Positions 1 through 12,000 of a DNA stretch of 64,000 nt are shown one piece after another. The notes below the pieces were generated by a model, which worked only from the letters and a program-made list of their open reading frames with translations, did not search any database and was not told where the DNA came from. Source of the DNA: Eledone cirrhosa (Eukaryota); the NCBI GenBank assembly GCA_964016885.1, contig OZ024762.1, positions 29,574,001-29,638,000 of the forward strand, in the 5' to 3' direction. Position 1 is the first letter of the stretch. Every line of letters starts with the position of its first letter. Both the position numbers and the translations under genes were made by a program.

Positions 1-3000
1 AGTAAGGGTAGAGGGTCAGATGTCAGGTTAGGGTGGTGGGTTGGCAGTAAGGGTAGAGTGTCAGATGTCAGGTTAGGGTGGTGGGTTGGCAGTAAGGGTA
101 GAGGGTCAGATGTCATGTTAGGGTGGTGGGTTGTCAGTAAGGGTAGAGGGTCAGATGTCAGGTTAGGGTGGTGGGTTGGCAGTAAGGGTAGAGGGTCAGA
201 TGTCAGGTTAGGGTGGTGGGTTGGCAGTAAGGGTAGAGGGTCAGATGTCATGTTAGGGTGGTGGGTTGGCAGTAAGGGTAGAGGGTCAGATGTCATGTTA
301 GGGTGGTGGGTTGGCAGTAAGGGTAGAGGGTCAGACACCATGTTAGGGTTGTGGGTTGGCAGTAAGGGTAGAGGGTCAGATGTCATGTTAGGGTGGTGGG
401 TTGGCAGTAAGGGTAGAGGGTCAGATGTCAGGTTAGGGTGGTGGGTTGGCAGTAAGGGTAGAGGGTCAGATGTCAGGTTAGGGTGGTGGGTTGGCAGTAT
501 TGGTAGAGGGTCAGATGTCAGGTTAGGGTGGTGGGTTGGCAGTATTGGTAGAGGGTCAGATGCCATGTTAGGGTGGTGGGTTGGCAGTATTGGTAGAGGG
601 TCAGATGTCAGGTTAGGGTGGTGGATTGGCAGTATTGGTAGAGGGTAAGATGTCAGGTTAGGGTGGTGGGTTGGCAGTATTGGTAGAGGGTCAGATGTCA
701 GGTTAGGGTGGTGGGTTGGCAGTATTGGTAGAGGGTCAGATGTCAGGTTAGGGTGGTGGGTTGGTAGTAAGGGTAGAGGGTCAGATGTCATGTTAGGATG
801 GTGGGTTGGCAGTATTGGTAGAGGGTCAGATGTCATGCTAGGGTGGTGGGTTGGCAGTAAGGGTAGAGGGTCAGATGTCAGGTTAGGGTGGTGGGTTGGC
901 AGTATTGGTAGAGGGTCAGATGTCAGGTTAGGGTGTTGGGTTGGTAGTAAGGGTAGAGGGTCAGATGTCAGGTTAGGGTGGTGGGTTGGCAGTATTGGTA
1001 GAGGGTCAGATGTCATGTTAGGGTGGTGGGTTGGCAGTATTGGTAGAGGGTCAGATGTCAGGTTAGGGTGGTGGGTTGGCAGTAAGGGTAGAGGATCAGA
1101 TGTCAGCTTAGGGTGGTGGGTTGGCAGTATTGGTAGAGGGTCAGATGTCAGGTTAGGGTGGTGGGTTGGCAGTATTGGTAGAGGGTCAGATGTCAGGTTA
1201 GGGTGGTGGGTTGGCAGTAAGGGTAGAGGGTCAGATGTCAGGTTAGGTTGGTGGGTTGGCAGTATTGGTAGAGGGTCAGATGTCAGGTTAGGGTGGTGGG
1301 TTGGCAGTATTGGTAGAGGGTCAGATGCCATGTTAGGGTGGTGGGTTGGCAGTAAGTGTAGAGGGTCAGATGTCATGTTAGGGGGGTAGATTGGCAGTAT
1401 TGGTAGAGGGTCAGCTGTCAGGTTAGGGTGGTGGGTTGGCAGTATTGGTAGAGGGTCAGATGTCAGGTTAGGGTGGTGGGTTGGCAGTAAGCGTAGAGGG
1501 TCAGATGTCAGGTTAGGGTGGTGGGTTGGCAGTAAGCGTAGAGGGTCAGATGTCAGGTTAGGGTGGTGGGTTGCCAGTATTGGTAGAGGGTCATATGTCA
1601 GGTTAGGGTGGTGGGTTGGCAGTAAGGGTAGAGGGTCAGATATCAGGTTAGGGTGGTGGGTTGGCAGTAAGGGTAGAGGGTCAGATGTCAGGTTAGGGTG
1701 GTGGGTTGGCAGTATTGGTAGAGGGTCAGATGTCAGGTTAGGGTGGTGGGTTGGCAGTAAGCGTAGAGGGTCAGATGTCAGGTTAGGGTGGTGGGTTGCC
1801 AGTATTGGTAGAGGGTCAGATGTCAGGTTAGGGTGGTGGGTTGGCAGTAAGGGTAGAGGGTCGGATGTCAGGTTAGGGTGGTGGGTTGGCAGTAAGGGTA
1901 GAGGGTCAGATGTCAGGTTAGGGTGGTGGGTTGGCAGTATTGGTAGAGGGTCAGATGTCATGTTAGGGTGGTGGGTTGGCAGTATTGGTAGAGGGTCAGA
2001 TGTCAGGTTAGGGTGGTGGGTTGGCAGTATTGGTAGAGGGTCAGATGTCAGGTTAGGGTGGTGGGTTGGCAGTAAGGGTAGAGGGTCAGACACCATGTTA
2101 GGGTGGTGGGTTGGCGGTAAGGGTAGAGGGTCAGACACCATGTTAGGGTGATGGGTTGGCAGTAAGGGTAGAGGGTCAGATGCCATGTTAGGGTGGTGGG
2201 TTGGCAGTAAGGGTAGAGGGTCAGATGCCATGTTAGGGTGGTGGGTTGGCAGTAAGGGTAGAGGGTCAGATGTCATGTTAGGGTGGTGGTTTGGCAGTAA
2301 GGGTAGAGGGTCAGATGTCAGGTTAGGGTGGTGGGTTGGCAGTAAGGGTAGAGGGTCAGATGTCAGGTTAGGGTGGTGGGTTGTCAGTAAGGGTAGAGGG
2401 TCAGATGTCAGGTTAGGGTGGTGGGTTGTCAGTAAGGGTAGAGGGTCAGATGTCAGGTTAGGGTGGTGGGTTGGCAGTAAGGGTAGAGGGTCAGATGTCA
2501 GGTTAGGGTGGTGGTTGGCAGTAAGGGTAGAGGGTCAGATGTCATGTTAGGGTGGTGGGTTGGCAGTAAGGGTAGAGGGTCAGATGTCATGTTAGGGTGG
2601 TGGGTTGGCAGTAAGGGTAGAGGGTCAGACACCATGTTAGGGTGGTGGGTTGGCAGTAAGGGTAGAGGGTCAGATGTCATGTTAGGGTGGTGGGTTGGCA
2701 GTAAGGGTAGAGGGTCAGATGTCAGGTTAGGGTGGTGGGTTGTCAGTAAGGGTAGAGGGTCAGATGTCAGGTTAGGGTGGTGGGTTGGCAGTAAGGGTAG
2801 AGGGTCAGATGTCAGGTTAGGGTGGTGGGTTGTCACTAAGGGTAGAGGGTCAGATGTCATGTTAGGGTGGTGGGTTGTCAGTAAGGGTAGAGGCTCAGAT
2901 GTCAGGTTAGGGTGGTGGGTTGTCAGTAAGGGTAGAGGGTCAGACACCATGTTAGGGTGGTGGGTTGGCAGTAAGGGTAGAGGGTCAGATGTCATGTTAG

Positions 3001-6000
3001 GGTGGTGGGTTGTCAGTAAGGGTAGAGGGTCAGGTGTCAGGTTAGGGTGGTGGGTTGGCAGTAAGGGTAGAGGGTCAGATGTCAGGTTAGGGTGGTGGGT
3101 TGTCAGTAAGGGTAGAGGGTCAGATGTCAGGTTAGGGTGGTGGGTTGTCAGTAAGGGTAGAGGGTCAGATGTCAGGTTAGGGTGGTGGGTTGGCAGTAAG
3201 GGTAGAGTGTCAGATGTCAGGTTAGGGTGGTGGGTTGGCAGTAAGGGTAGAGGGTCAGATGTCATGTTAGGGTGGTGGGTTGTCAGTAAGGGTAGAGGGT
3301 CAGATGTCAGGTTAGGGTGGTGGGTTGGCAGTAAGGGTAGAGGGTCAGATGTCAGGTTAGGGTGGTGGGTTGGCAGTAAGGGTAGAGGGTCAGATGTCAT
3401 GTTAGGGTGGTGGGTTGGCAGTAAGGGTAGAGGGTCAGATGTCATGTTAGGGTGGTGGGTTGGCAGTAAGGGTAGAGGGTCAGACACCATGTTAGGGTGG
3501 TGGGTTGGCAGTAAGGGTAGAGGGTCAGATGTCATGTTAGGGTGGTGGGTTGGCAGTAAGGGTAGAGGGTCAGATGTCAGGTTAGGGTGGTGGGTTGGCA
3601 GTAAGGGTAGAGGGTCAGATGTCAGGTTAGGGTGGTGGGTTGGCAGTATTGGTAGAGGGTCAGATGTCAGGTTAGGGTGGTGGGTTGGCAGTATTGGTAG
3701 AGGGTCAGATGCCATGTTAGGGTGGTGGGTTGGCAGTATTGGTAGAGGGTCAGATGTCAGGTTAGGGTGGTGGATTGGCAGTATTGGTAGAGGGTCAGAT
3801 GTCAGGTTAGGGTGGTGGGTTGGCAGTATTGGTAGAGGGTCAGATGTCAGGTTAGGGTGGTGGGTTGGCAGTATTGGTAGAGGGTCAGATGTCAGGTTAG
3901 GGTGGTGGGTTGGCAGTATTGGTAGAGGGTCAGATGTCATGTTAGGGTGGTGGGTTGGCAGTATTGGTAGAGGGTCAGATGTCAGGTTAGGGTGGTGGGT
4001 TGGCAGTAAGGGTAGAGGATCAGATGTCAGCTTAGGGTGGTGGGTTGGCAGTATTGGTAGAGGGTCAGATGTCAGGTTAGGGTGGTGGGTTGGCAGTATT
4101 GGTAGAGGGTCAGATGTCAGGTTAGGGTGGTGGGTTGGCAGTAAGGGTAGAGGGTCAGATGTCAGGTTAGGGTGGTGGGTTGGCAGTATTGGTAGAGGGT
4201 CAGATGTCAGGTTAGGGTGGTGGGTTGGCAGTATTGGTAGAGGGTCAGATGCCATGTTAGGGTGGTGGGTTGGCAGTAAGTGTAGAGGGTCAGATGTCAT
4301 GTTAGGGGGGTAGATTGGCAGTATTGGTAGAGGGTCAGATGTCAGGTTAGGGTGGTGGGTTGGCAGTATTGGTAGAGGGTCAGATGTCAGGTTAGGGTGG
4401 TGGGTTGGCAGTAAGCGTAGAGGGTCAGATGTCAGGTTAGGGTGGTGGGTTGGCAGTAAGCGTAGAGGGTCAGATGTCAGGTTAGGGTGGTGGGTTGCCA
4501 GTATTGGTAGAGGGTCAGATGTCAGGTTAGGGTGGTGGGTTGGCAGTAAGGGTAGAGGGTCAGATGTCAGGTTAGGGTGGTGGGTTGGCAGTAAGGGTAG
4601 AGGGTCAGATGTCAGGTTAGGGTGGTGGGTTGGCAGTATTGGTAGAGGATCAGATGTCATGTTAGGGTGGTGGGTTGGCAGTATTGGTAGAGGGTCAGAT
4701 GTCAGGTTAGGGTGGTGGGTTGGCAGTAAGCGTAGAGGGTCAGATGTCAGGTTAGGGTGGTGGGTTGCCAGTATTGGTAGAGGGTCAGATGTCAGGTTAG
4801 GGTGGTGGGTTGGCAGTAAGGGTAGAGGGTCAGATGTCAGGTTAGGGTGGTGGGTTGGCAGTAAGGGTAGAGGGTCAGATGTCAGGTTAGGGTGGTGGGT
4901 TGGCAGTATTGGTAGAGGGTCAGATGTCAGGTTAGGGTGGTGGGATGGCAGTATTGGTAGAGGGTCAGATGTCAGGTTAGGGTGGTGGGTTGGCAGTATT
5001 GGTAGAGGGTCAGATGTCAGATTAGGGTGGTGGGTTGGCAGTAAGGGTAGAGGGTCAGACACCATGTTAGGGTGGTGGGTTGGCGGTAAGGGTAGAGGGT
5101 CAGACACCATGTTAGGGTGATGGGTTGGCAGTAAGGGTAGAGGGTCAGATGCCATGTTAGGGTGGTGGGTTGGCAGTAAGGGTAGAGGGTCAGATGCCAT
5201 GTTAGGGTGGTGGGTTGGCAGTAAGGGTAGAGGGTCAGATGTCATGTTAGGGTGGTGGTTTGGCAGTAAGGGTAGAGGGTCAGATGTCAGGTTAGGGTGG
5301 TGGGTTGTCAGTAAGGGTAGAGGGTCAGATGTCAGGTTAGGGTGGTGGGTTGGCAGTAAGGGTAGAGGGTCAGATGTCAGGTTAGGGTGGTGGGTTGTCA
5401 GTAAGGGTAGAGGGTCAGATGTCAGGTTAGGGTGGTGGGTTGTCAGTAAGGGTAGAGGGTCAGATGTCAGGTTAGGGTGGTGGGTTGGCAGTAAGGATAG
5501 AGGGTCAGATGTCAGGTTAGGGTGGTGGGTTGGCAGTAAGGGTAGAGGGTCAGATGTCATGTTAGGGTGGTGGGTTGGCAGTAAGGGTAGAGGGTCAGAT
5601 GTCATGTTAGGGTGGTGGGTTGGCAGTAAGGGTAGAGGGTCAGACACCATGTTAGGGTGGTGGGTTGGCAGTAAGGGTAGAGTGTCAGATGTCATGTTAG
5701 GGTGGTGGGTTGGCAGTAAGGGTAGAGGGTCAGATGTCAGGTTAGGGTGGTGGGTTGTCAGTAAGGGTAGAGGGTCAGATGTCAGGTTAGGGTGGTGGGT
5801 TGGCAGTAAGGGTAGAGGGTCAGATGTCAGGTTAGGGTGGTGGGTTGTCACTAAGGGTAGAGGGTCAGATGTCATGTTAGGGTGGTGGGTTGTCAGTAAG
5901 GGTAGAGGGTCAGATGTCAGGTTAGGGTGGTGGGTTGGCAGTAAGGGTAGAGGGTCAGATGTCAGGTTAGGGTGGTGGGTTGGCAGTAAGCGTAGAGGGT

Positions 6001-9000
6001 CAGATGTCAGGTTAGGGTGGTGGGTTGGCAGTAAGCGTAGAGGGTCAGATGTCAGGTTAGGGTGGTGGGTTGCCAGTATTGGTAGAGGGTCAGATGTCAG
6101 GTTAGGGTGGTGGGTTGGCAGTAAGGGTAGAGGGTCAGATGTCAGGTTAGGGTGGTGGGTTGGCAGTAAGGGTAGAGGGTCAGATGTCAGGTTAGGGTGG
6201 TGGGTTGGCAGTATTGGTAGAGGATCAGATGTCATGTTAGGGTGGTGGGTTGGCAGTATTGGTAGAGGGTCAGATGTCAGGTTAGGGTGGTGGGTTGGCA
6301 GTAAGCGTAGAGGGTCAGATGTCAGGTTAGGGTGGTGGGTTGCCAGTATTGGTAGAGGGTCAGATGTCAGGTTAGGGTGGTGGGTTGGCAGTAAGGGTAG
6401 AGGGTCGGATGTCAGGTTAGGGTGGTGGGTTGTCAGTAAGGGTAGAGGGTCAGATGTCAGGTTAGGGTGGTGGGTTGGCAGTATTGGTAGAGGGTCAGAT
6501 GTCAGGTTAGGGTGGTGGGTTGGCAGTATTGGTAGAGGGTCAGATGTCAGGTTAGGGTGGTGGGTTGGCAGTATTGGTAGAGGGTCAGATGTCAGGTTAG
6601 GGTGGTGGGTTGGCAGTAAGCGTAGAGGGTCAGACACCATGTTAGGGTTGTGGGTTGGCGGTAAGGGTAGAGGGTCAGACACCATGTTAGGGTGATGGGT
6701 TGGCAGTAAGGGTAGAGGGTCAGATGCCATGTTAGGGTGGTGGGTTGGCAGTAAGGGTAGAGGGTCAGATGCCATGTTAGGGTGGTGGGTTGGCAGTAAG
6801 GGTAGAGGGTCAGATGTCATGTTAGGGTGGTGGTTTGGCAGTAAGGGTAGAGGGTCAGATGTCAGGTTAGGGTGGTGGGTTGGCAGTAAGGGTAGAGGGT
6901 CAGATGTCATGTTAGGGTGGTGGGTTGGCAGTAAGGGTAGAGGGTCAGATGTCAGGTTAGGGTGGTGGGTTGTCAGTAAGGGTAGAGGGTCAGATGTCAG
7001 GTTAGGGTGGTGGGTTGGCAGTAAGGGTAGAGGGTCAGATGTCAGGTTAGGGTGGTGGGTTGGCAGTAAGGGTAGAGGGTCAGATGTCATGTTAGGGTGG
7101 TGGGTTGGCAGTAAGGGTAGAGGGTCAGATGTCATGTTAGGGTGGTGGGTTGGCAGTAAGGGTAGAGGGTCAGACACCATGTTAGGGTGGTGGGTTGGCA
7201 GTAAGGGTAGAGGGTCAGATGTCATGTTAGGGTGGTGGGTTGGCAGTAAGGGTAGAGGGTCAGATGTCAAGTTAGGGTGGTGGGTTGTCAGTAAGGGTAG
7301 AGGGTCAGATGTCAGGTTAGGGTGGTGGGTTGGCAGTAAGGGTAGAGGGTCAGATGTCAGGTTAGGGTGGTGGGTTGTCACTAAGGGTAGAGGGTCAGAT
7401 GTCATGTTAGGGTGGTGGGTTGTCAGTAAGGGTAGAGGCTCAGATGTCAGGTTAGGGTGGTGGGTTGTCAGTAAGGGTAGAGGGTCAGACACCATGTTAG
7501 GGTGGTGGGTTGGCAGTAAGGGTAGAGGGTCAGATGTCATGTTAGGGTGGTGGGTTGTCAGTAAGGGTAGAGGGTCAGGTGTCAGGTTAGGGTGGTGGGT
7601 TGGCAGTAAGGGTAGAGGGTCAGATGTCAGGTTAGGGTGGTGGGTTGTCAGTAAGGGTAGAGGGTCAGATGTCAGGTTAGGGTGGTGGGTTGGCAGTAAG
7701 GGTAGAGTGTCAGATGTCAGGTTAGGGTGGTGGGTTGGCAGTAAGGGTAGAGGGTCAGATGTCATGTTAGGGTGGTGGGTTGTCAGTAAGGGTAGAGGGT
7801 CAGATGTCAGGTTAGGGTGGTGGGTTGGCAGTAAGGGTAGAGGGTCAGATGTCAGGTTAGGGTGGTGGGTTGGCAGTAAGGGTAGAGGGTCAGATGTCAT
7901 GTTAGGGTGGTGGGTTGGCAGTAAGGGTAGAGGGTCAGATGTCATGTTAGGGTGGTGGGTTGGCAGTAAGGGTAGAGGGTCAGACACCATGTTAGGGTTG
8001 TGGGTTGGCAGTAAGGGTAGAGGGTCAGATGTCATGTTAGGGTGGTGGGTTGGCAGTAAGGGTAGAGGGTCAGATGTCAGGTTAGGGTGGTGGGTTGGCA
8101 GTAAGGGTAGAGGGTCAGATGTCAGGTTAGGGTGGTGGGTTGGCAGTATTGGTAGAGGGTCAGATGTCAGGTTAGGGTGGTGGGTTGGCAGTATTGGTAG
8201 AGGGTCAGATGCCATGTTAGGCTGGTGGGTTGGCAGTATTGGTAGAGGGTCAGATGTCAGGTTAGGGTGGTGGATTGGCAGTATTGGTAGAGGGTAAGAT
8301 GTCAGGTTAGGGTGGTGGGTTGGCAGTATTGGTAGAGGGTCAGATGTCAGGTTAGGGTGGTGGGTTGGCAGTATTGGTAGAGGGTCAGATGTCAGGTTAG
8401 GGTGGTGGGTTGGTAGTAAGGGTAGAGGGTCAGATGTCATGTTAGGATGGTGGGTTGGCAGTATTGGTAGAGGGTCAGATGTCATGCTAGGGTGGTGGGT
8501 TGGCAGTAAGGGTAGAGGGTCAGATGTCAGGTTAGGGTGGTGGGTTGGCAGTATTGGTAGAGGGTCAGATGTCAGGTTAGGGTGTTGGGTTGGTAGTAAG
8601 GGTAGAGGGTCAGATGTCAGGTTAGGGTGGTGGGTTGGCAGTATTGGTAGAGGGTCAGATGTCATGTTAGGGTGGTGGGTTGGCAGTATTGGTAGAGGGT
8701 CAGATGTCAGGTTAGGGTGGTGGGTTGGCAGTAAGGGTAGAGGATCAGATGTCAGGTTAGGGTGGTGGGTTGGCAGTATTGGTAGAGGGTCAGATGTCAG
8801 GTTAGGGTGGTGGGTTGGCAGTATTGGTAGAGGGTCAGATGCCATGTTAGGGTGGTGGGTTGGCAGTAAGTGTAGAGGGTCAGATGTCATGTTAGGGGGG
8901 TAGATTGGCAGTATTGGTAGAGGGTCAGATGTCAGGTTAGGGTGGTGGGTTGGCAGTATTGGTAGAGGGTCAGATGTCAGGTTAGGGTGGTGGGTTGGCA

Positions 9001-12000
9001 GTAAGCGTAGAGGGTCAGATGTCAGGTTAGGGTGGTGGGTTGGCAGTAAGCGTAGAGGGTCAGATGTCAGGTTAGGGTGGTGGGTTGCCAGTATTGGTAG
9101 AGGGTCAGATGTCAGGTTAGGGTGGTGGGTTGGCAGTAAGGGTAGAGGGTCAGATATCAGGTTAGGGTGGTGGGTTGGCAGTAAGGGTAGAGGGTCAGAT
9201 GTCAGGTTAGGGTGGTGGGTTGGCAGTATTGGTAGAGGATCAGATGTCATGTTAGGGTGGTGGGTTGGCAGTATTGGTAGAGGGTCAGATGTCAGGTTAG
9301 GGTGGTGGGTTGGCAGTAAGCGTAGAGGGTCAGATGTCAGGTTAGGGTGGTGGGTTGCCAGTATTGGTAGAGGGTCAGATGTCAGGTTAGGGTGGTGGGT
9401 TGGCAGTAAGGGTAGAGGGTCAGATGTCAGGTTAGGGTGGTGGGTTGGCAGTAAGGGTAGAGGGTCAGATGTCAGGTTAGGGTGGTGGGTTGGCAGTATT
9501 GGTAGAGGGTCAGATGTCAGGTTAGGGTGGTGGGATGGCAGTATTGGTAGAGGGTCAGATGTCAGGTTAGGGTGGTGGGTTGGCAGTATTGGTAGAGGGT
9601 CAGATGTCAGGTTAGGGTGGTGGGTTGGCAGTAAGGGTAGAGGGTCAGACACCATGTTAGGGTGGTGGGTTGGCGGTAAGGGTAGAGGGTCAGACACCAT
9701 GTTAGGGTGATGGGTTGGCAGTAAGGGTAGAGGGTCAGATGCCATGTTAGGGTGGTGGGTTGGCAGTAAGGGTAGAGGGTCAGATGCCATGTTAGGGTGG
9801 TGGGTTGGCAGTAAGGGTAGAGGGTCAGATGTCATGTTAGGGTGGTGGTTTGGCAGTAAGGGTAGAGGGTCAGATGTCAGGTTAGGGTGGTGGGTTGTCA
9901 GTAAGGGTAGAGGGTCAGATGTCAGGTTAGGGTGGTGGGTTGGCAGTAAGGGTAGAGGGTCAGATGTCAGGTTAGGGTGGTGGGTTGTCAGTAAGGGTAG
10001 AGGGTCAGATGTCAGGTTAGGGTGGTGGGTTGTCAGTAAGGGTAGAGGGTCAGATGTCAGGTTAGGGTGGTGGGTTGGCAGTAAGGATAGAGGGTCAGAT
10101 GTCAGGTTAGGGTGGTGGGTTGGCAGTAAGGGTAGAGGGTCAGATGTCATGTTAGGGTGGTGGGTTGGCAGTAAGGGTAGAGGGTCAGATGTCATGTTAG
10201 GGTGGTGGGTTGGCAGTAAGGGTAGAGGGTCAGACACCATGTTAGGGTGGTGGGTTGGCAGTAAGGGTAGAGGGTCAGATGTCATGTTAGGGTGGTGGGT
10301 TGGCAGTAAGGGTAGAGGGTCAGATGTCAGGTTAGGGTGGTGGGTTGTCAGTAAGGGTAGAGGGTCATATGTCAGGTTAGGGTGGTGGGTTGGCAGTAAG
10401 GGTAGAGGGTCAGATGTCAGGTTAGGGTGGTGGGTTGTCACTAAGGGTAGAGGGTCAGATGTCATGTTAGGGTGGTGGGTTGTCAGTAAGGGTAGAGGGT
10501 CAGATGTCAGGTTAGGGTGGTGGGTTGGCAGTAAGGGTAGAGGGTCAGATGTCAGGTTAGGGTGGTGGGTTGGCAGTATTAGTAGAGGGTCAGATGTCAG
10601 GTTAGGGTGGTGGGTTGGCAGTAAGGGTAGAGGGTCAGATGTCAGGTTAGGGTGGTGGGTTGGCAGTAAGTGTAGAGGGTCAGATGTCAGGTTAGGGTGG
10701 TGGGTTGGCAGTATTGGTAGAGGGCCAGATGTCAGGTTAGGATGGTGGGTTGGCAGTATTGGTAGAGGGTCAGATGTCAGGTTAGGGTGGTGGATTGAAC
10801 GTATTGGTAGAGGGTCAGATGTCAGGTTAGGGTGGTGGGTTGGCAGTAAGGGTAGAGGGTCAGACACCATGTTAGGGTGGTGGGTTGGCAGTAAGGGTAG
10901 AGGGTCAGACACCATGCTAGGGTGATGGGTTGGCAGTAAGGGAAGAGGGTCAGATGCCATGTTAGGGTGGTGGGTTGGCAGTAAGTGTAGAGGGTCAGAT
11001 GCCATGTTAGGGTGGTGGGTTGGCAGTTAGCGTAGAGGGTCAGATGTCATGTTAGGGTGGTGGTTTGGCAGTAAGGGTAGAGGGTCAGATGTCAGTTTAG
11101 GGTGGTGGGTTGTCAGTAAGGGTAGAGGGTCAGATGTCAGGTTAGGGTGGTGGGTTGTCAGTAAGGGTAGAGGGTCAGATGTCAGGTTAGGGTGGTGGGT
11201 TGTCAGTAAGGGTAGAGGGTCAGATGTCAGGTTAGGGTGGTGGGTTGGCAGTAAGGGTAGAGGGTCAGATTTCATGTTAGGGTGGTGTGTTGGCAGTAAG
11301 GGTAGAGGGTCAGATGTCATGTTAGGGTGGTGGGTTGGCAGTAAGGGTAGAGGGTCAGACACCATGTTAGGGTGGTGGGTTGGCAGTAAGGGTAGAGGGT
11401 CAGATGTCAGGTTAGTGTGGTGGGTTGCCAGTATTGGTAGAGGGTCAGATGTCAGGTTAGGGTGGTGGGTTGGCAGTAAGGGTAGAGGGTCAGATGTCAG
11501 GTTAGGGTGGTGGGTTGTCAGTAAGGGTAGAGGGTCAGATGTCAGGTTAGGGTGGTGGGTTGGCAGTAAGGGTAGAGGGTCAGATGTCAGGTTAGGGTGG
11601 TGGGTTGTCAGTAAGGGTAGAGGGTCAGATGTCAGGTTTGGGTGGTGGGTTGTCAGTAAGGGTAGAGGGTCAGATGTCAGGTTAGGGTGGTGGGTTGGCA
11701 GTAAGGGTAGAGGGTCAGATGTCAGGTTAGGGTGGTGGGTTGGCAGTATTGGTAGAGGGTCAGATGTCAGGTTAGGGTGGTGGGTTGGCAATATTGGTAG
11801 AGGGTCAGATGCCATGTTAGGGTGGTGTGTTGGCAGTATTGGTTGAGGGTCAGATGTCAGGTTAGGGTGGTGGATTGGCAGTATTGGTAGAGGGTCAGAT
11901 GTCATGTTAGGGTGGTGGGTTGGCAGTATTGGTAGAGGGTCAGATGTCAGGTTACGGTGGTGGGTTGGCAGTATTGGTAGAGGGTCAGATGTCAGGTTAG

